A DNA stretch of 64,000 nucleotides from Balanoglossus misakiensis. Lineage: Eukaryota; Animalia; Hemichordata. Under the pieces are notes generated by a model. It did not search any database. It saw only the letters and a program-made list of their open reading frames with translations, and was not told where the DNA came from. Positions 1-12,981 of this stretch are shown one piece after another. Position 1 is the stretch's first letter. Each line of letters starts with the position of its first letter. The DNA is taken from positions 8,649,337 through 8,713,336 of the forward strand of contig CM082586.2 in assembly GCA_040954595.2 (NCBI GenBank). Reading direction: 5' to 3'. The position numbers and the translations under genes were made by a program.

Positions 1-614
1 ATATTGAGACAGACGCTGTAATCACAAACATTTACATTTGAATTAGGCTTGGCACGATGAACGTAGTTGAACTTGAATGTGGTAATCAACCTGTCTGACA
101 CCTTCACTTCTATGTGTCGACATTCTATGCAAATGAGGTCAACTGGAAACAACAGTGACGGGGATGAACTAGACAAAGGTCAACCCTGTATTCAAAGGTC
201 ATTCAAATGTTTCTTTGCTATAGAAAGTTTAGTTCGCCTTGCTTAATGGCCACCATGAATGGCATGGTATTGTTAGAGCCAAGATTATGCTTTGAGAAGT
301 ACAACCAACAGTACAATTTTCTAAATTTCAGCAGTTCCCATGAAGTATAACGGAACTCGAACTTATGCAGTGGGAAAATTTACATCGTGCACGTTGGGGA
401 AAAGTTTGTGTGGTACCAGAAATCGTTTGTTAACTCAGACTCGCCTATTTTTGTCGACATCTAATGAGAAGAACAAATACAATGTCCGCGTATAAGTCGT
501 TGAATCGTAACTCTTTCAATTTGACCCTAAAACTTCTTGATGGTAAAATAAAACTTGAGCAGTAGTTACACATAAGAGAAGTACGTAACTTCACTCAAAC
601 TGTTTTACTGGGCC

Positions 615-831
615 CATATTAAGTCACAATCTAACTCTCTCCTTTATGACTTCTTTCATCTGAGCGATGCAATATACACATTAACATTGAAATTCAACGG
701 CAGCTGTGCTTTGCAACAACAACAAAAATAATGTCAATGACAAATTCAGCTAACGGGACCTAGGAAGCTGAAAGTTCTCCAAAAAGACATGTTGTCAGCT
801 AACTGTAAAATGTTTTTCTATGCACTGCAAA
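615..831. repeat. ~215-bp direct repeat, copy 1 (copy 2 at 2001-2216)
   Basis: catattaagtcacaatctaactctctcc...tatgcactgcaaaa occurs twice in the same orientation with a few substitutions and indels. Confidence 0.9.
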
Positions 832-2000
832 AGGTTATCTGACATATCATACCCTAACCGTTCATTTTAGCTTAATTCCATAGTCCTGTGTATTTGAACA
901 ATCTTTCTGTGGAATTTGCGTGTCACAAATATCAATATCCTAAGTATATTATCTAATCTAGGGTAGCCGTGAAAAACTCACGTTCCTTGCAGAGAGAGCT
1001 GTTATAACGAGGTGATTTGGGCGGATAAGTCGGGGGGGGGGGGGGTCATATTTCACAAATCTGACCCAAGGGGACATTTAATAACCTGAAATTTGACCTC
1101 AATAGTAATACATGTATTAATGTAATTCTTGAAAATCCTCAATGCTTGGGTGAACGTCCATTAATTGGACATTCAAGATTATAATTTAAAATTGCCCTAG
1201 CTTAATTCCTTAGACCGGTGGCAAGCCCCATACAGACCACCCCAATCGATACCACAGCATTGATGTTTTTATTGACAATAAAGATGAAATAACGTGGGGA
1301 TTTTTCTATACATTTGACTTCAAATTCGGCCCAAACTGGTGCACAACATGGGTTTATTTATGCAAATGAGTTTACCTTTTTAAAAATCTGTCGCAGATTT
1401 TCCCGGCTCTACGAAAATGAATCGCCTTAGTGTTTGCTTGCCTCTTAAACTACTAAATGGTATTTTAATTACGGTGTATACATTTCACAAGCTCAATTTC
1501 CTTAATTTTTCAATTAAAAGGAAAACCAAGTCATTGTCAACAAATATGACTGAAGATCTGTCACGTTGGGTGTTTATTTAACGGTACTGAGGTGTGAAGT
1601 TAAAATAGATTGGACAATCATTATCATTCGCGAGAAACACTATGCCTTTGGTGATCGTTTTGGCTGTTCTGTTCTCTGTCCAATCAATTCCTTCCGAACA
1701 GAACAGCCGAGAATCAGCAAACGAAAGATGGGCACCGAACTCTACATCTGATTTCAATCAGATTGGAGAAACACGCCATCGTTCATAGAAATTAGTAGAA
1801 AACCAACATCATTACAAAAGTCTTCTTCAAACACTGGTAAGTGGTGCTAGCAGCTGACTGGGAGTGGGTAAAGCCTTTCATGCCAGTACCCTTCACCCAT
1901 TAAGACTGCATCAGAGTTACAAAGTCAAGTGTTATTTGGCCAAAACACTAAAATGTTGTTGTAAGTCAACCCCAAGAATTCTTTCACTCATCATTCGGGT

Positions 2001-2216
2001 CATATTAAGTCACAATCTAACTCTCTCCTTTATGACTTCCTTCATCTGAGCGATGCAATATACAAAATAATATTGAAATTCAACGGCAGCTGTGCTTTGC
2101 AACAACAACAAAATAATGTCAATGACAAATTCAGCTAATGGGACCTAGGAAGCTGGAAGTTTTCCAAAAAGACATGTTGTCAGCTAACTGTAAAATGTTT
2201 TCTATGCACTGCAAAA
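2001..2216. repeat. ~215-bp direct repeat, copy 2
   Basis: Near-identical to 615-831. Confidence 0.9.
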
Positions 2217-2854
2217 GTAAACATACTTGCTTAAAATGCTGTGGCGCATTTCTTCAAGTTTGACTGAAACAACATTTACATATTGTAAACTCTGTATAGT
2301 TGCCTATGACGGAATTTGCAGTTCTCAATCCCCATTCCCCTAATATCAAATGGGTCACCCCTTACTCCACATCCAAAAGGGGGTTTCCGTCAAATTTCTT
2401 TATTCCATGTTTCATCTGAAGTTTCATATTTGATTCCCTAAAGTATGTTGTGAAACAGAAAAGTGCAGTACTCGACGAATTCTTTGTGTAATGCATACTG
2501 TTGTTGTGTTTGATTTTAGTCGCGACCGGTTGTCTACCTGGACATTTACATTGATTTTTACAAAAAGGGAATCATCAAACGCCTTCACTGAAGCATGATC
2601 TGTATTCAGTAGCAGTGAAAATTAAAGGAAATATTATATCGATGGGGAGAGTGATATTTGAAATACTTCAGTCAGGATTCAGGAAAGAGTATCAACTCAG
2701 GCTGAAATTTTGAAAGTTTATTTGGCCTTTAATGTGTGCTTGGCAGGTAAGGGTCAATGTACGTACGTATAAAAGAAATTTAGAGAAACGATACAATTTT
2801 CTTAGAGTATCAACAAAGCATCGTATATGTGTTTCACAGGTAAAAGTCATTATA

Positions 2855-3031
2855 TCTCTCTGTGTCTCTCTCCCTGTCTCTCTGCCTCTCTCTGTCTCTC
2901 TGTGTCTCTGAGCTGTCTGTCTCTGTGTCTCTGTATGTATGTATGTATGTATGTATGTCTCTGTCTGTCTCTGTCTCTCTTTCAGTCTCTCTGTGTCACA
3001 CACACACACACACTCTCTCTCTCTCCTTCCC

Positions 3032-3074
<43 letters not shown>

Positions 3075-3080
3075 GTCTGA
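2855..3080. repeat. Compound microsatellite (CT/CTGT, TATG, CA, CT)
   Basis: Directly visible; accounts for the low-complexity ORFs at 2692-3169. Confidence 0.95.
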
Positions 3081-6000
3081 TTAACTGTATGTCTGACTGT
3101 CATGATGGGCTAGCTATCTCTATGTTCATACATGGATTGACCTGTCTCAACATGTCAACTTTACTGTAGAATCACTTTTGTTCGTGGGATGGAAAGGGTA
3201 AGGAGTAAGTGAACGATTTCAGGATATGCACTATGTTTACTCAATATTTTAACCAAGTTCATAATATCATGTTGAGTAATATGGATATTATAGCTGATTT
3301 CATTATGACTTCATAAGGCAGATGACTCGTGGCATGGCTCATACCTATATCAGAAACTTGTTAGAATGTTAAATTGAAAGACAGGTAAGAGCATGTATGT
3401 GTGTGTGTATTGGACTAGATTGTAGCAAACAATATCCCTTCTTAGCCTGTCTGACACCATTGCAAGCTCGTGTCTGGATCGTATGCAGATTAGATTGCCT
3501 GTTTTATGTATCACTAAATAAGTTCCTGAACTCCACTATAAGTCATCCTCAAACTACAACAACCTACATGCAGCTAACGAGAAACTGACAAACATGTGCA
3601 AAATCAGCAGATTTTTATTTCATGTATATATTTCAAACATGAACAGAAGAAAATGAAGTAGAGGTCATGTAAGCTCAGTGGCTGACGTTGAACTTGAAGA
3701 TTGGATTAAGGATTACTCTTTGGACTTAAACAAAACACACTGATATTATTATCTACTGGCTGTTTGAACTTCAGGCTCGACATACCACCCGATACATTTG
3801 TCACTGACATTAACATTTCATTTCCAAAGGGGTCAACATGGTTGTCGGAAAGACTGGACTGTAACAAAACTTTGGTGTCATATCTTTTATACTCTATTAA
3901 TTACAGGTAACTTATGTTTTTAGTGCATCCCCGGTTCTTTTGATTGAGCCAGAAACTGAATAAAGAGAAATAAGCAATTGAGTTCGATGGCAAAAGACAG
4001 ACTGAAAACAGTTTCTCTAGGCACCGTGTTGAAAGACCCAAACTAAGTCTTTTCAAAACGGTGTGTATACATGTAGGCATGTGTATTGATAGATATCACA
4101 TCAAAGTGTTCATATACATTTTAGCATTTAACAATGTCACGGTGACATGTAACATCAGTGGAAAAAGAAAAAAAATAATTGGGCGGGATTTCGAACCTGC
4201 TAATGAAAGACAACTCCATATGGACCTATTGATATGGTATATGAACATGTGGTTTTGATAAAGGCTGTTTTATCTCATTAGATATTTATAGTATTTTAAA
4301 TGGAGTAGGTTGGTCAACATACTTAAGTGCGTACTTGAAACGTTGCAGTCATTCATCATATCAACGTAGATCGGCCAAGTAATTTTGGTTTATTTGGCAC
4401 TCACTATAAAGTGTTAGAATTTGAATTTAGGGTCGAAACATGGAAGCAGATTTTCAAGTCCTAGGGTGGTGGATTTGATAGCGTCAAAAGTCAAACTGGT
4501 GTTTGTATCGACGTGTTCAAACATATATACCCAGATGATCAAAAACCCATGCTATTATAGTGTGATTGGCACGATAACGTGAAAATTTTATGCCTTACCT
4601 ATTTTCATGGTGTCTTTTCTTGCTGTTGACGTGACATTGGCACATTGTCCCCGATTCCACCGCTGTTACAACTTCGTGTTTTCTTCACGGAATTTCCCAC
4701 GAGTTACCCAACCGCTGTGGAGGTGTCCGTCATCATATTTACTGGAAAACCTCGATGTCGGAAATGTATCGACTGATTGGATCAACCCTGAAGTAAATTC
4801 CTTCAACATTTTGATACCGTTAACTTTGTTTTCGTTATTTACAGAAAAGTGTAGTATTATCGTAATGGCGGTAACTCAAATGGCGCCCTTACACACCCGA
4901 TCGCTTCATATTCGTAAAAAAACATCCCCAAAAATCTAATGACGTGTGCAGTTTTCTCCCCTGACGTGGTTCACAAAAAATTTGTTCCTGTCATACCATT
5001 ATAAATGGCATTTTCCTATAATGTTTACAAAAAAATAGTTCCATCTAGTGACGTATTCAATATGGCGACTAGCGACCTGCAAAATTTACAAATGAAAGGG
5101 CGAAAAAGACGACAGCATGGTTGAATGGAGATTTCTTTAAGGATACTATGTGACATAATGACAGTTTTCGATCTTCACAAACACCTTAACAAAAAAACGG
5201 AAAAGCGATAAGGATGCCTGGTTTACTTCTAATATTATCTTTTACGTGAAAATTTAGAAAGTTAAATTCTGTTGCATTGTGGTTTTATGATGATATTATA
5301 AGCAAAGTATTTAAATATTGAGAATATTGCTAAATTAAAAAAATATCTGTCGACAAAAAATATTAAAACAAGACCCGTGTCCATTTTTCCATCTGTATTG
5401 TACTTTCTCTTATAGTGTGAAAATTTCTAGAAATATAAGTCCGTACGCAGGCTGGGAGTTTTTTTCTCCTCTTTTGACGTTGTATGTTTGTTTGTTTGCA
5501 AAATATCACCTTATGTCACTATAATAAGCTAAATTATAGAGGATATATTAACAAGCAGAACACTGGACATTTTTGTAGACTTTATGAAGTAATCCAGACC
5601 GGCAGTGCACAAAACGTCATAATGTGAAACCAGTGCAAAACAATCAACTCTAGTGATGCATTGGTATTAGTGTAGAAAAATTCTGTCAGCTTCTTGCAAC
5701 TTTATGGAATCTTCCTCTGTGCGAATCATCGTTTAGATGATCAGAGATAAGATATCAAACTCTGGCAAGTTTGAACCTGGAGACATTTTTAACTCGACCT
5801 ACATAATTATGTGGCTTGTTTTTAATTAATGCTTGTCCAATATGTTGTATCAATTACATAATTGTTGATGACAAAGTCCAATAAGGACAAGTGAATCAAA
5901 TGAACAGAATTCTGATGTCATCCATGTAATTCAATAGTCAAACAATCCTTGTAATTGAAACCAAACTGTATTCATTGCCATCATGTCTTCACCATGACCA

Positions 6001-9000
6001 TTAACTCGTTTTCTGACGTTCAAGGTAACTGCATCCACCTAAATGTCATTATCATTAAAAGGCATACTTGTCATTAAATGAAGTGTTTGCCGCCAGGCCC
6101 GATGGTGATCGACTATTTGACTTTTTTTTCATGTCTTATTTGTCTGAAACCATCAGCACCTATGATGATTAACCCTGCGTACAGGTCTGTGTGTTCCCGG
6201 CGTTACGCGGCCTCCAACACAGCCCTGCAAGGCGCCATAGACAAAACTTAGGAGTCTGCGGTCCGGATCCGGACCGCAGCCGAAATTCGATTTTATCGGG
6301 GGGAAAATCCTTTCCCTGTCTACTTCTACCCCTAACCGACTCCAAATATGATGCGATTTACTTCTTTTAACGTCCGAACCGCTCGCTTTCTGATTTATTT
6401 TTGAGTGTTTACATGTTGAGATGGCCATATTGAATATAAGGCTTACAGCGAGTTTATCTCCATGGGTAAGCGCAAAAGTTTTAGAAAGTTTTGGAAATTT
6501 TCATATGTTTTCTCTAAAAAAAATTGGCTGAAAAATTTTGTTCGAAGGAAATGTTCAGCTGATTCTTTCACAGATTTTTTCCTTCAAAAAATTCAGCTGC
6601 ATTTTACATTGATCACACACTTTTGGAAAGGTGTGACACAAATTATAGGTCACAAACAAAAATCTAATGTCTTATTTATAAACCTCTAATTATTATTTCT
6701 TCACCAACATTAAATGTTTTCAAATAGGGAAAGTATTATTTTCGAACTGTGGAATTTCGAAATCGGTTCGAAACGTGTTTTGTGTAAACAAAATATTAAT
6801 CCTGACTAAACACATAGGCGAGTGTTCGTACATCAAACATCATGTGCTGCATCAGTTGCAAGAAAGTGGAAAAACCGGCTGATTCACAAAACAAAACGTC
6901 TATAGAACCAAAATTGGAAGTACTGAAACATGCGAAACTGCTGTTCGACAATTTGTAGAGATGCAAATGTATGGCGTCGTCATGCAGTGACATATTTCCC
7001 CCCATGCCATGTAATTATGTCATTAAACTGTATACATGTCAATTAGTAGCCACAATGACGTAACCGATTCTCGAACGAATAAGTACATCTCATACAATGT
7101 CACAAGCAAGTAACTTTGGCCCTGTATTCGAAGATTATACAGTAGTTCACTGGAGACTCCCATATTGACATCTAGGGTTTGATCGATTGATCGACTAATC
7201 AACCAACCAACCAATAAATCAAATATTTATGAAATAACAACATCGATAGCAACCCCCCCCCCTTTTAAAAGATGCTGAAAGATTATTTCCATTTGAACTG
7301 TAATTTAAGTTCTCTCTTGATTTAATCAGACTTTCTTATGTTAGAAACGAAGACCCAATCTAGTAACGGCAACCGAAAAAAAACAAGCATCCAAAACATG
7401 TAAACAAATGGAAATACAGAATGTATTCCTTCATTCAAATGTGCTCTCGCCACTTAGTGGGACTTAAGGGGACGGTTCGTGTACCTAAGCGCCAAGAAAA
7501 AGAATACATTTTTATCCCAAGTTTTACCTATGTTATAATTATATGTTAGTGATTTATCAAAAAATACATAAATCACTTCTTAGTCAACGGAGACTGCTTC
7601 GATTGCTTGTTTTGCTTATTTCTCACATGCTTCAATTCAATTCATCAAAAGTCCAGAGTTTTCCAGTGTTCAGTGACGTTGATGCTATCTTCTACTACAT
7701 CGCCCTCCCAGTAGTTCCACACGATATACGTGGCATACACGGTAATGTAGAAAGTGGCACCAATAATGACAGTTTGGACCTGCCTAGTTAGTAGGCATTG
7801 AATAACCTCCTTTCACGGACCATGTTATAGTATGAAACAGAGGATCAAACTGCATGGATGATGGAATACACCAATCTTTTTTTTTAAAAGCCACTGAGCC
7901 ACTTCAGTTGAAAGCACTGTGCTAGATTTCACTTGCCACTGTAATTGATTGAAATTAGACATGGTAATTGCGACAAATTACCCGACTTAGTAGAAGAGTG
8001 CCGTGGGCACTCCATGCTTGATGTCGCTCTGTGTAAGTTTCACGTCTAGTCTATACTCCAAAGACCGTGCAGGCAAAGTGCTCAAAATTGGTGTAATTGA
8101 AAGGAGTGAAGCCCCAGAGACAACGCCTATATATCTCCACTTTGATTCCCTACCCATACTCACTTACTAACAGGAAAGTGTTTTAGTCTCAGTTCAGACA
8201 TTGATATTCGCTGTGCACGTCGGATGTCATCCTGTAAAAATCCTCAAAATTGGATTCAACATTTTTCAGGAATAATATTTTTGAATAGCGGTTCATATTG
8301 TTTACTGGAACACCTCTCCATATATAAGTGGTGATTGTTTTTGCGGCCTGATGCTCACGATTCTATAGTTGTGCTGGTTTAAATTTATGACTGCCGTGCT
8401 AGTATAAAAATAAACGATTCAAGAAACAAGACAAAAATGTAATTGTACAGCTATACTGTGGGCCTTAAATAAAATAACAGTGTTTCCCTGAAGGAAACAG
8501 TAATGATTTCAGAGAGTGAGATCCTACGATTTTCTCTGGGCTTCTAACAGCTTTTCTGCAATTATTTTTACACCTCATGTAGGAGGGTTGACATTTCAAA
8601 GACACAAGTTTAAACTACAGCGACACTTCAGTGTTCAACAAGGCAGACAATGAAATGGCCATGCGTAGCGCATATGTCTCCAGGCCCATCAGGGCTTAAT
8701 AGCACCGAGCGTATTTTCAATAGTTAATATGTCACTATATGCGTGTCTTCCGCCATTTTAATGAATAGTAAATGGTTTAACTTGCTAGTAGCACTTTCGC
8801 ATTAGAGACGGATATCATATGGAATAGCAACTCCCAATACTCACTTTTCAGCCTTTTACCGCCAATAAGAAGTGCCTTATATGTCGACAATGGCTATTGC
8901 ACAGAAAAGGAAATGTTGATAGACGTGTAACTGTGGTGTATAGTGTTTCAGTACAAGAGTCATATTCTACAGGTTTTGTTTTACAAGTGCACCGTGTGGT

Positions 9001-11320
9001 TTCAAAGCTCTTTACACACACACAAAACCTAGTCCCAGTTCTCCCTGCTCAAGCGAGTCCATGATGTAAACAATGATCACATTGCATCGCAGGCTCAAGT
9101 TGACAAGTCTCAACTATCAAGTCTTTGAAGCTCATAGTCGTTCGCTATGCTAAAAAATAATAGAAAAAAAAACGAACAAAACAAAACATCACTGTTCGCA
9201 TTTCCTAATTGGGCAAAGTTGCTTTTTCGACATTATTTATGTTATTTTATTTTCATAGCTTATAATGTTGTTCAATTCACTGAAATATGACTTGTTGGGA
9301 CAATTCAATTCACATCAAGTATGTGGATAGAACGCACGAATACGTCAATACCAAAGATTGTTCCGTAGAAGTTTTCAGTCGGTACGCCCAAATAGAGAAC
9401 GCGAGTTGTGATAACCTCGCGTTAAACATATTTAAACAACCAGACCAACATAGATAAACATTCAAAAGAAGCTAAAATGCACAAAACCGTGTTAAATGTG
9501 AATCACTTTTTGCCCTTCTAAAATCAAAGTTAGCTAGCCGCCATGACGTCTGATTATTTTGTACTGTATTCTGAGGCAGGCTATAAATTTTATGTACGAA
9601 TTAATGCAGAAGCGTGGTGTATTGAAAGCTCTATTAGTTGCGCTACGTGGGTTCTGAAGTAAGTATGGGCTTATTTGTTGTATTACACTACTGCGTTTGC
9701 ATTTCCCATCGGTTGAAACCATCGGTTGAGAACGTGCCGTAATTCGGTAAATGGCATGCGCGACTTCAGGTTTATTTAGAGAGACGGTGTTGACTCATTT
9801 ATCACAGGATGATTGATACTCATTTACCTTCGGATCTTTAAAGTTAGCGAGGCTATGACCGCACCTGATTACAGCTAACGGAGCAAACCTAACCCCCGTG
9901 GTTTTTCTCCGATACCAGTGTGCGTCTATTAAAGGGAAGCCCCCAACGGGTTTGTGTGGAAACTATGCCGAACGACATATGCATTTTGTTCAAATAGCAC
10001 CTCTTCAGCAGCAATGGCATGTTATTAGATCTAATTGTAAAAAAACTGGCCAACGATTTTCTTTAAAGTCGGCTTGTCGGCAACTCTAGCAGTAAACATA
10101 GCAATTTGCCCCTGTCGTCACTGGTCACGTGACTGTATCCAATGGGGGATATCATTGTTATAATAACAGCTCCCGGTCAATTTCAAATGATGACAATTTA
10201 CAGTTATTATAGACGTTAATGGAAGACGGTCACCCTTTCATTATCCTATTTTTGAGTGTAATCATTTACAATTTGAAGTGTATTTTGAAAGGCTACATGC
10301 AACACAGTCATTTCGCTGATTTTTTGATTGGTCTAAATCTTGGCAGGGGAGGGACGAACGAACGATGTCATTATTGCAAGCTTCTAGACCATACTGATTA
10401 AAAGTTCGTGATATCACGCCACGTCGTTATATGGATGTTGACAAAATTGTCACTTTATGTTTTTGTATGAATGTATCTACCGGCAATCTCAATTTGGTAG
10501 TGCCAAAATATAAAGTAAAGTTTGCTATGGCAGAGTCGGTCTTTGTGTCATCCTCATAATATCGCGCGCACTCTCCGTCTAAACTTTGATTTGTTCTAGA
10601 ACGGGCCCTAGTCCACCGATCGGAATTAGACACTTTGTGTCACTACAAACGCCAAAACTAGAATACGACGGTAAAAAATACAACCCGGGATCCAGACTAA
10701 ATAGGCTCGATAATTTTGAAAAGATATCATTAGAATTGATGTGTAACTGATCACGTCTTAATTTGGCAAAAACTGACAAAATGAGCCAGAAAAACACACG
10801 AAAAGGTGAAATTCTGAAATTTCTGTACAGCCGATCGCAAGCGACGGGTATCAGCTCGCCAAATTTTCTATTCAGGGTTAGATTAGTGTAAAGGGTTGCT
10901 GCCGACTAAATGGGCAGTTGGTGTCTGTGTATTTGAATAAATGAGTGATTAAATGCATTGATGCATCATAACTTGCCGTTTAACCAGGGCTGTCAACGGG
11001 TTGGTGAAATCGTCACGCGTATTGATATATTGGGATGGTAAATGTTATACGGTTGGCTAACAACCCGAGATACTGCCGCGTTCTCCTCAGAACGAATTAT
11101 TTTAAGGTTGGAAAGGCTAACACTGCGCACTACTGTGGTTTTTGGTTTTCACGTGGAAGAATGACACATCCCTAACGTGTAGTAGCGTTGCAGACTCACA
11201 CTTCTCATCTTGAACTTGAGTCAACTTTACATATTGTCTTCACGGTGTAAAGACAACAGTCTAATTTCACAACATTTTGAAGGATCTTATATTTTTGGTT
11301 TTATCGAAAGTCCAGGCTCA

Positions 11321-11585
11321 ATGATGATGAACTTTGAGGCACCTGCTAATCGAACCACTTCCTTCTTAATAGATGACATTCTGGTCAGTAAGTCTGTGGC
11401 AACGCCAAAACATTTAGCGGACTTAGCAGCGGTTTCCATGTCTCACGCACGCTCCTCGCTCTACGAATACGGGCTCTCCTGCTCCTTGCCACCAACTTCG
11501 GCATACAGTGGATTTCTAGCTACACACGCGCTGCACCCATACGCCAAGGCGGCGCTGGACCATCCCTACATTCTGCCAGCCCCAT
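11321..11585 (+). CDS. Bsx: Brain-specific homeobox protein, coding exon 1
   Basis: ATG at 11321, MMMNFEAPANRTTSFLIDDIL (eh1/TN-type Groucho-binding motif) ... DHPYILPAP; donor T|gtaagt at 11586, phase 1. Confidence 0.9.
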
Positions 11586-12208
11586 GTAAGTTGTTTACTC
11601 ATTCATTTAAAACCTTGACTTTTTGGCGACTGACAAAGTCTATAGAGTAGAGTGATGCGTTTTATTATAGAACGAACGCGCTTTCATGCTGAATGCGCCC
11701 AGTGTTTAAGATACAATATAGAGTTCGCGACGTGACTGAACAGATCACACAAGTCGGGGATAACACAAACACAGTGCTCTCAAAATCAATGTACCACCAA
11801 TACAGCGAATAAGCAACAGAGAAATCAAGACTGCATCCGAAATCGGAATTCACTTATTAGGCCTAATGTTGCTGGAACGGCCGCCATTGTGTTGTCCTCA
11901 CCACTATACACGTCGCGCGCCTCCTAAATGCGCGTGCAATTTTATTAAACGACGGTCCTATCGCAACTTTCATATGCCGAGTGATAGGGTCCCTCATCGC
12001 AGACAAGAGAAGACAACAGAGAATTAAAACTAACCACCCCATGCAATTCTTTCGTTCATTTAAGCGAAGAGAGACGCTTCGTCTTGTGTATACAAGATCA
12101 GTATGGTGTCCAACCTTGCTGTCAGCTTGCCATTTACCCCACACACTCAGACAAAACTATCCACGGTGGTCCCTTCATCGCTTGGGTTTTCCCTCGATTT
12201 TTAAACAG

Positions 12209-12423
12209 ATCCTGCGTCTCACTTTCTCTCGCCAGCCGGGTATGGGTACTCTCCGCTGTTTCACGCGGATGCGGCCGGCAAGCACTGTCGGAGAAGAAAA
12301 GCCAGAACGGTATTTTCAGATCAGCAGTTGAACGGTCTGGAAAGGCGATTTGAAACTCAACGTTACTTATCAACACCAGAGAGGGTGGAACTCGCAGCGT
12401 CTCTGAGTCTCTCAGAAACTCAG
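12209..12423 (+). CDS. Bsx: Bsx coding exon 2 (homeodomain helices 1-2)
   Basis: Acceptor ttaaacag|; phase 1 matches exon 1. Translates YPASHFLSPAGYGYSPLFHADAAGKHCRRRKARTVFSDQQLNGLERRFETQRYLSTPERVELAASLSLSETQ, the characteristic Bsx/bsh sequence; donor cag|gtaaat. This frame is absent from the ORF track. Confidence 0.96.
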
Positions 12424-12831
12424 GTAAATGCATTTGTTCATTCGTAAATTTTCTGCATCTTCATATTATTGTCCCTGTAACTCGGTTCTAGCCTAAGTTG
12501 TACTACCCGCGTGCACCGTGCCGTTGTAGCATTCACTTCAAACCTCGACTTGTTTTCAGATAAATATTTCTACTGTGTTCCCCGATACATCTCCCAAAAT
12601 CTATAACACCGATAACCTCTGAAGCGACAGAAAACGAAGCTGATATCTATCATTCGAATTACACCCGCTTTCTTTGCATTTTTTCTCGAATTATAATATA
12701 TAACTCGAACACGAAGTCTTATGTATTTAGTAAGGGAAATTCTGAACCATTTTTGCTGGTGTGACTGATTGATTTGATCCACGTCTTGATCGCCTGTAAG
12801 TGATAAAGATGGTTGTCTATCTTCTTCAATG

Positions 12832-12981
12832 CCACCCGGAAAATGTTTGCATTATTGTTACACTGTTCTTCTGTGTCAAAATATCTGTACAATCATTTGA
12901 CACAGTCCACCCGGAAAATGTTTGCATTATTGTTACACTGTTCTTCAGTGTCAAAATATCTGTACAATCATTTGACACAGT
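12832..12981. repeat. Tandem duplication, 2 x 75 bp, in Bsx intron 2
   Basis: ccacccggaaaatg...catttgacacagt repeated, with one substitution seen. Confidence 0.92.

Noticed and set aside
2692-3169. ORFs rich in S/L/C or R/E/T
   Set aside because: Translations of CT/CA/TATG microsatellites.
4300-5470. Possible DNA-transposon remnants (also about 24420-25010, 26280-27300, 36420-36740, 55750-56560)
   Set aside because: Composition is suggestive, but I could not define termini, TSDs or coding motifs.
11863-12433. Four overlapping ORF-track ORFs around Bsx exon 2
   Set aside because: Shadow frames; the real homeodomain frame has no in-exon start and is not listed.
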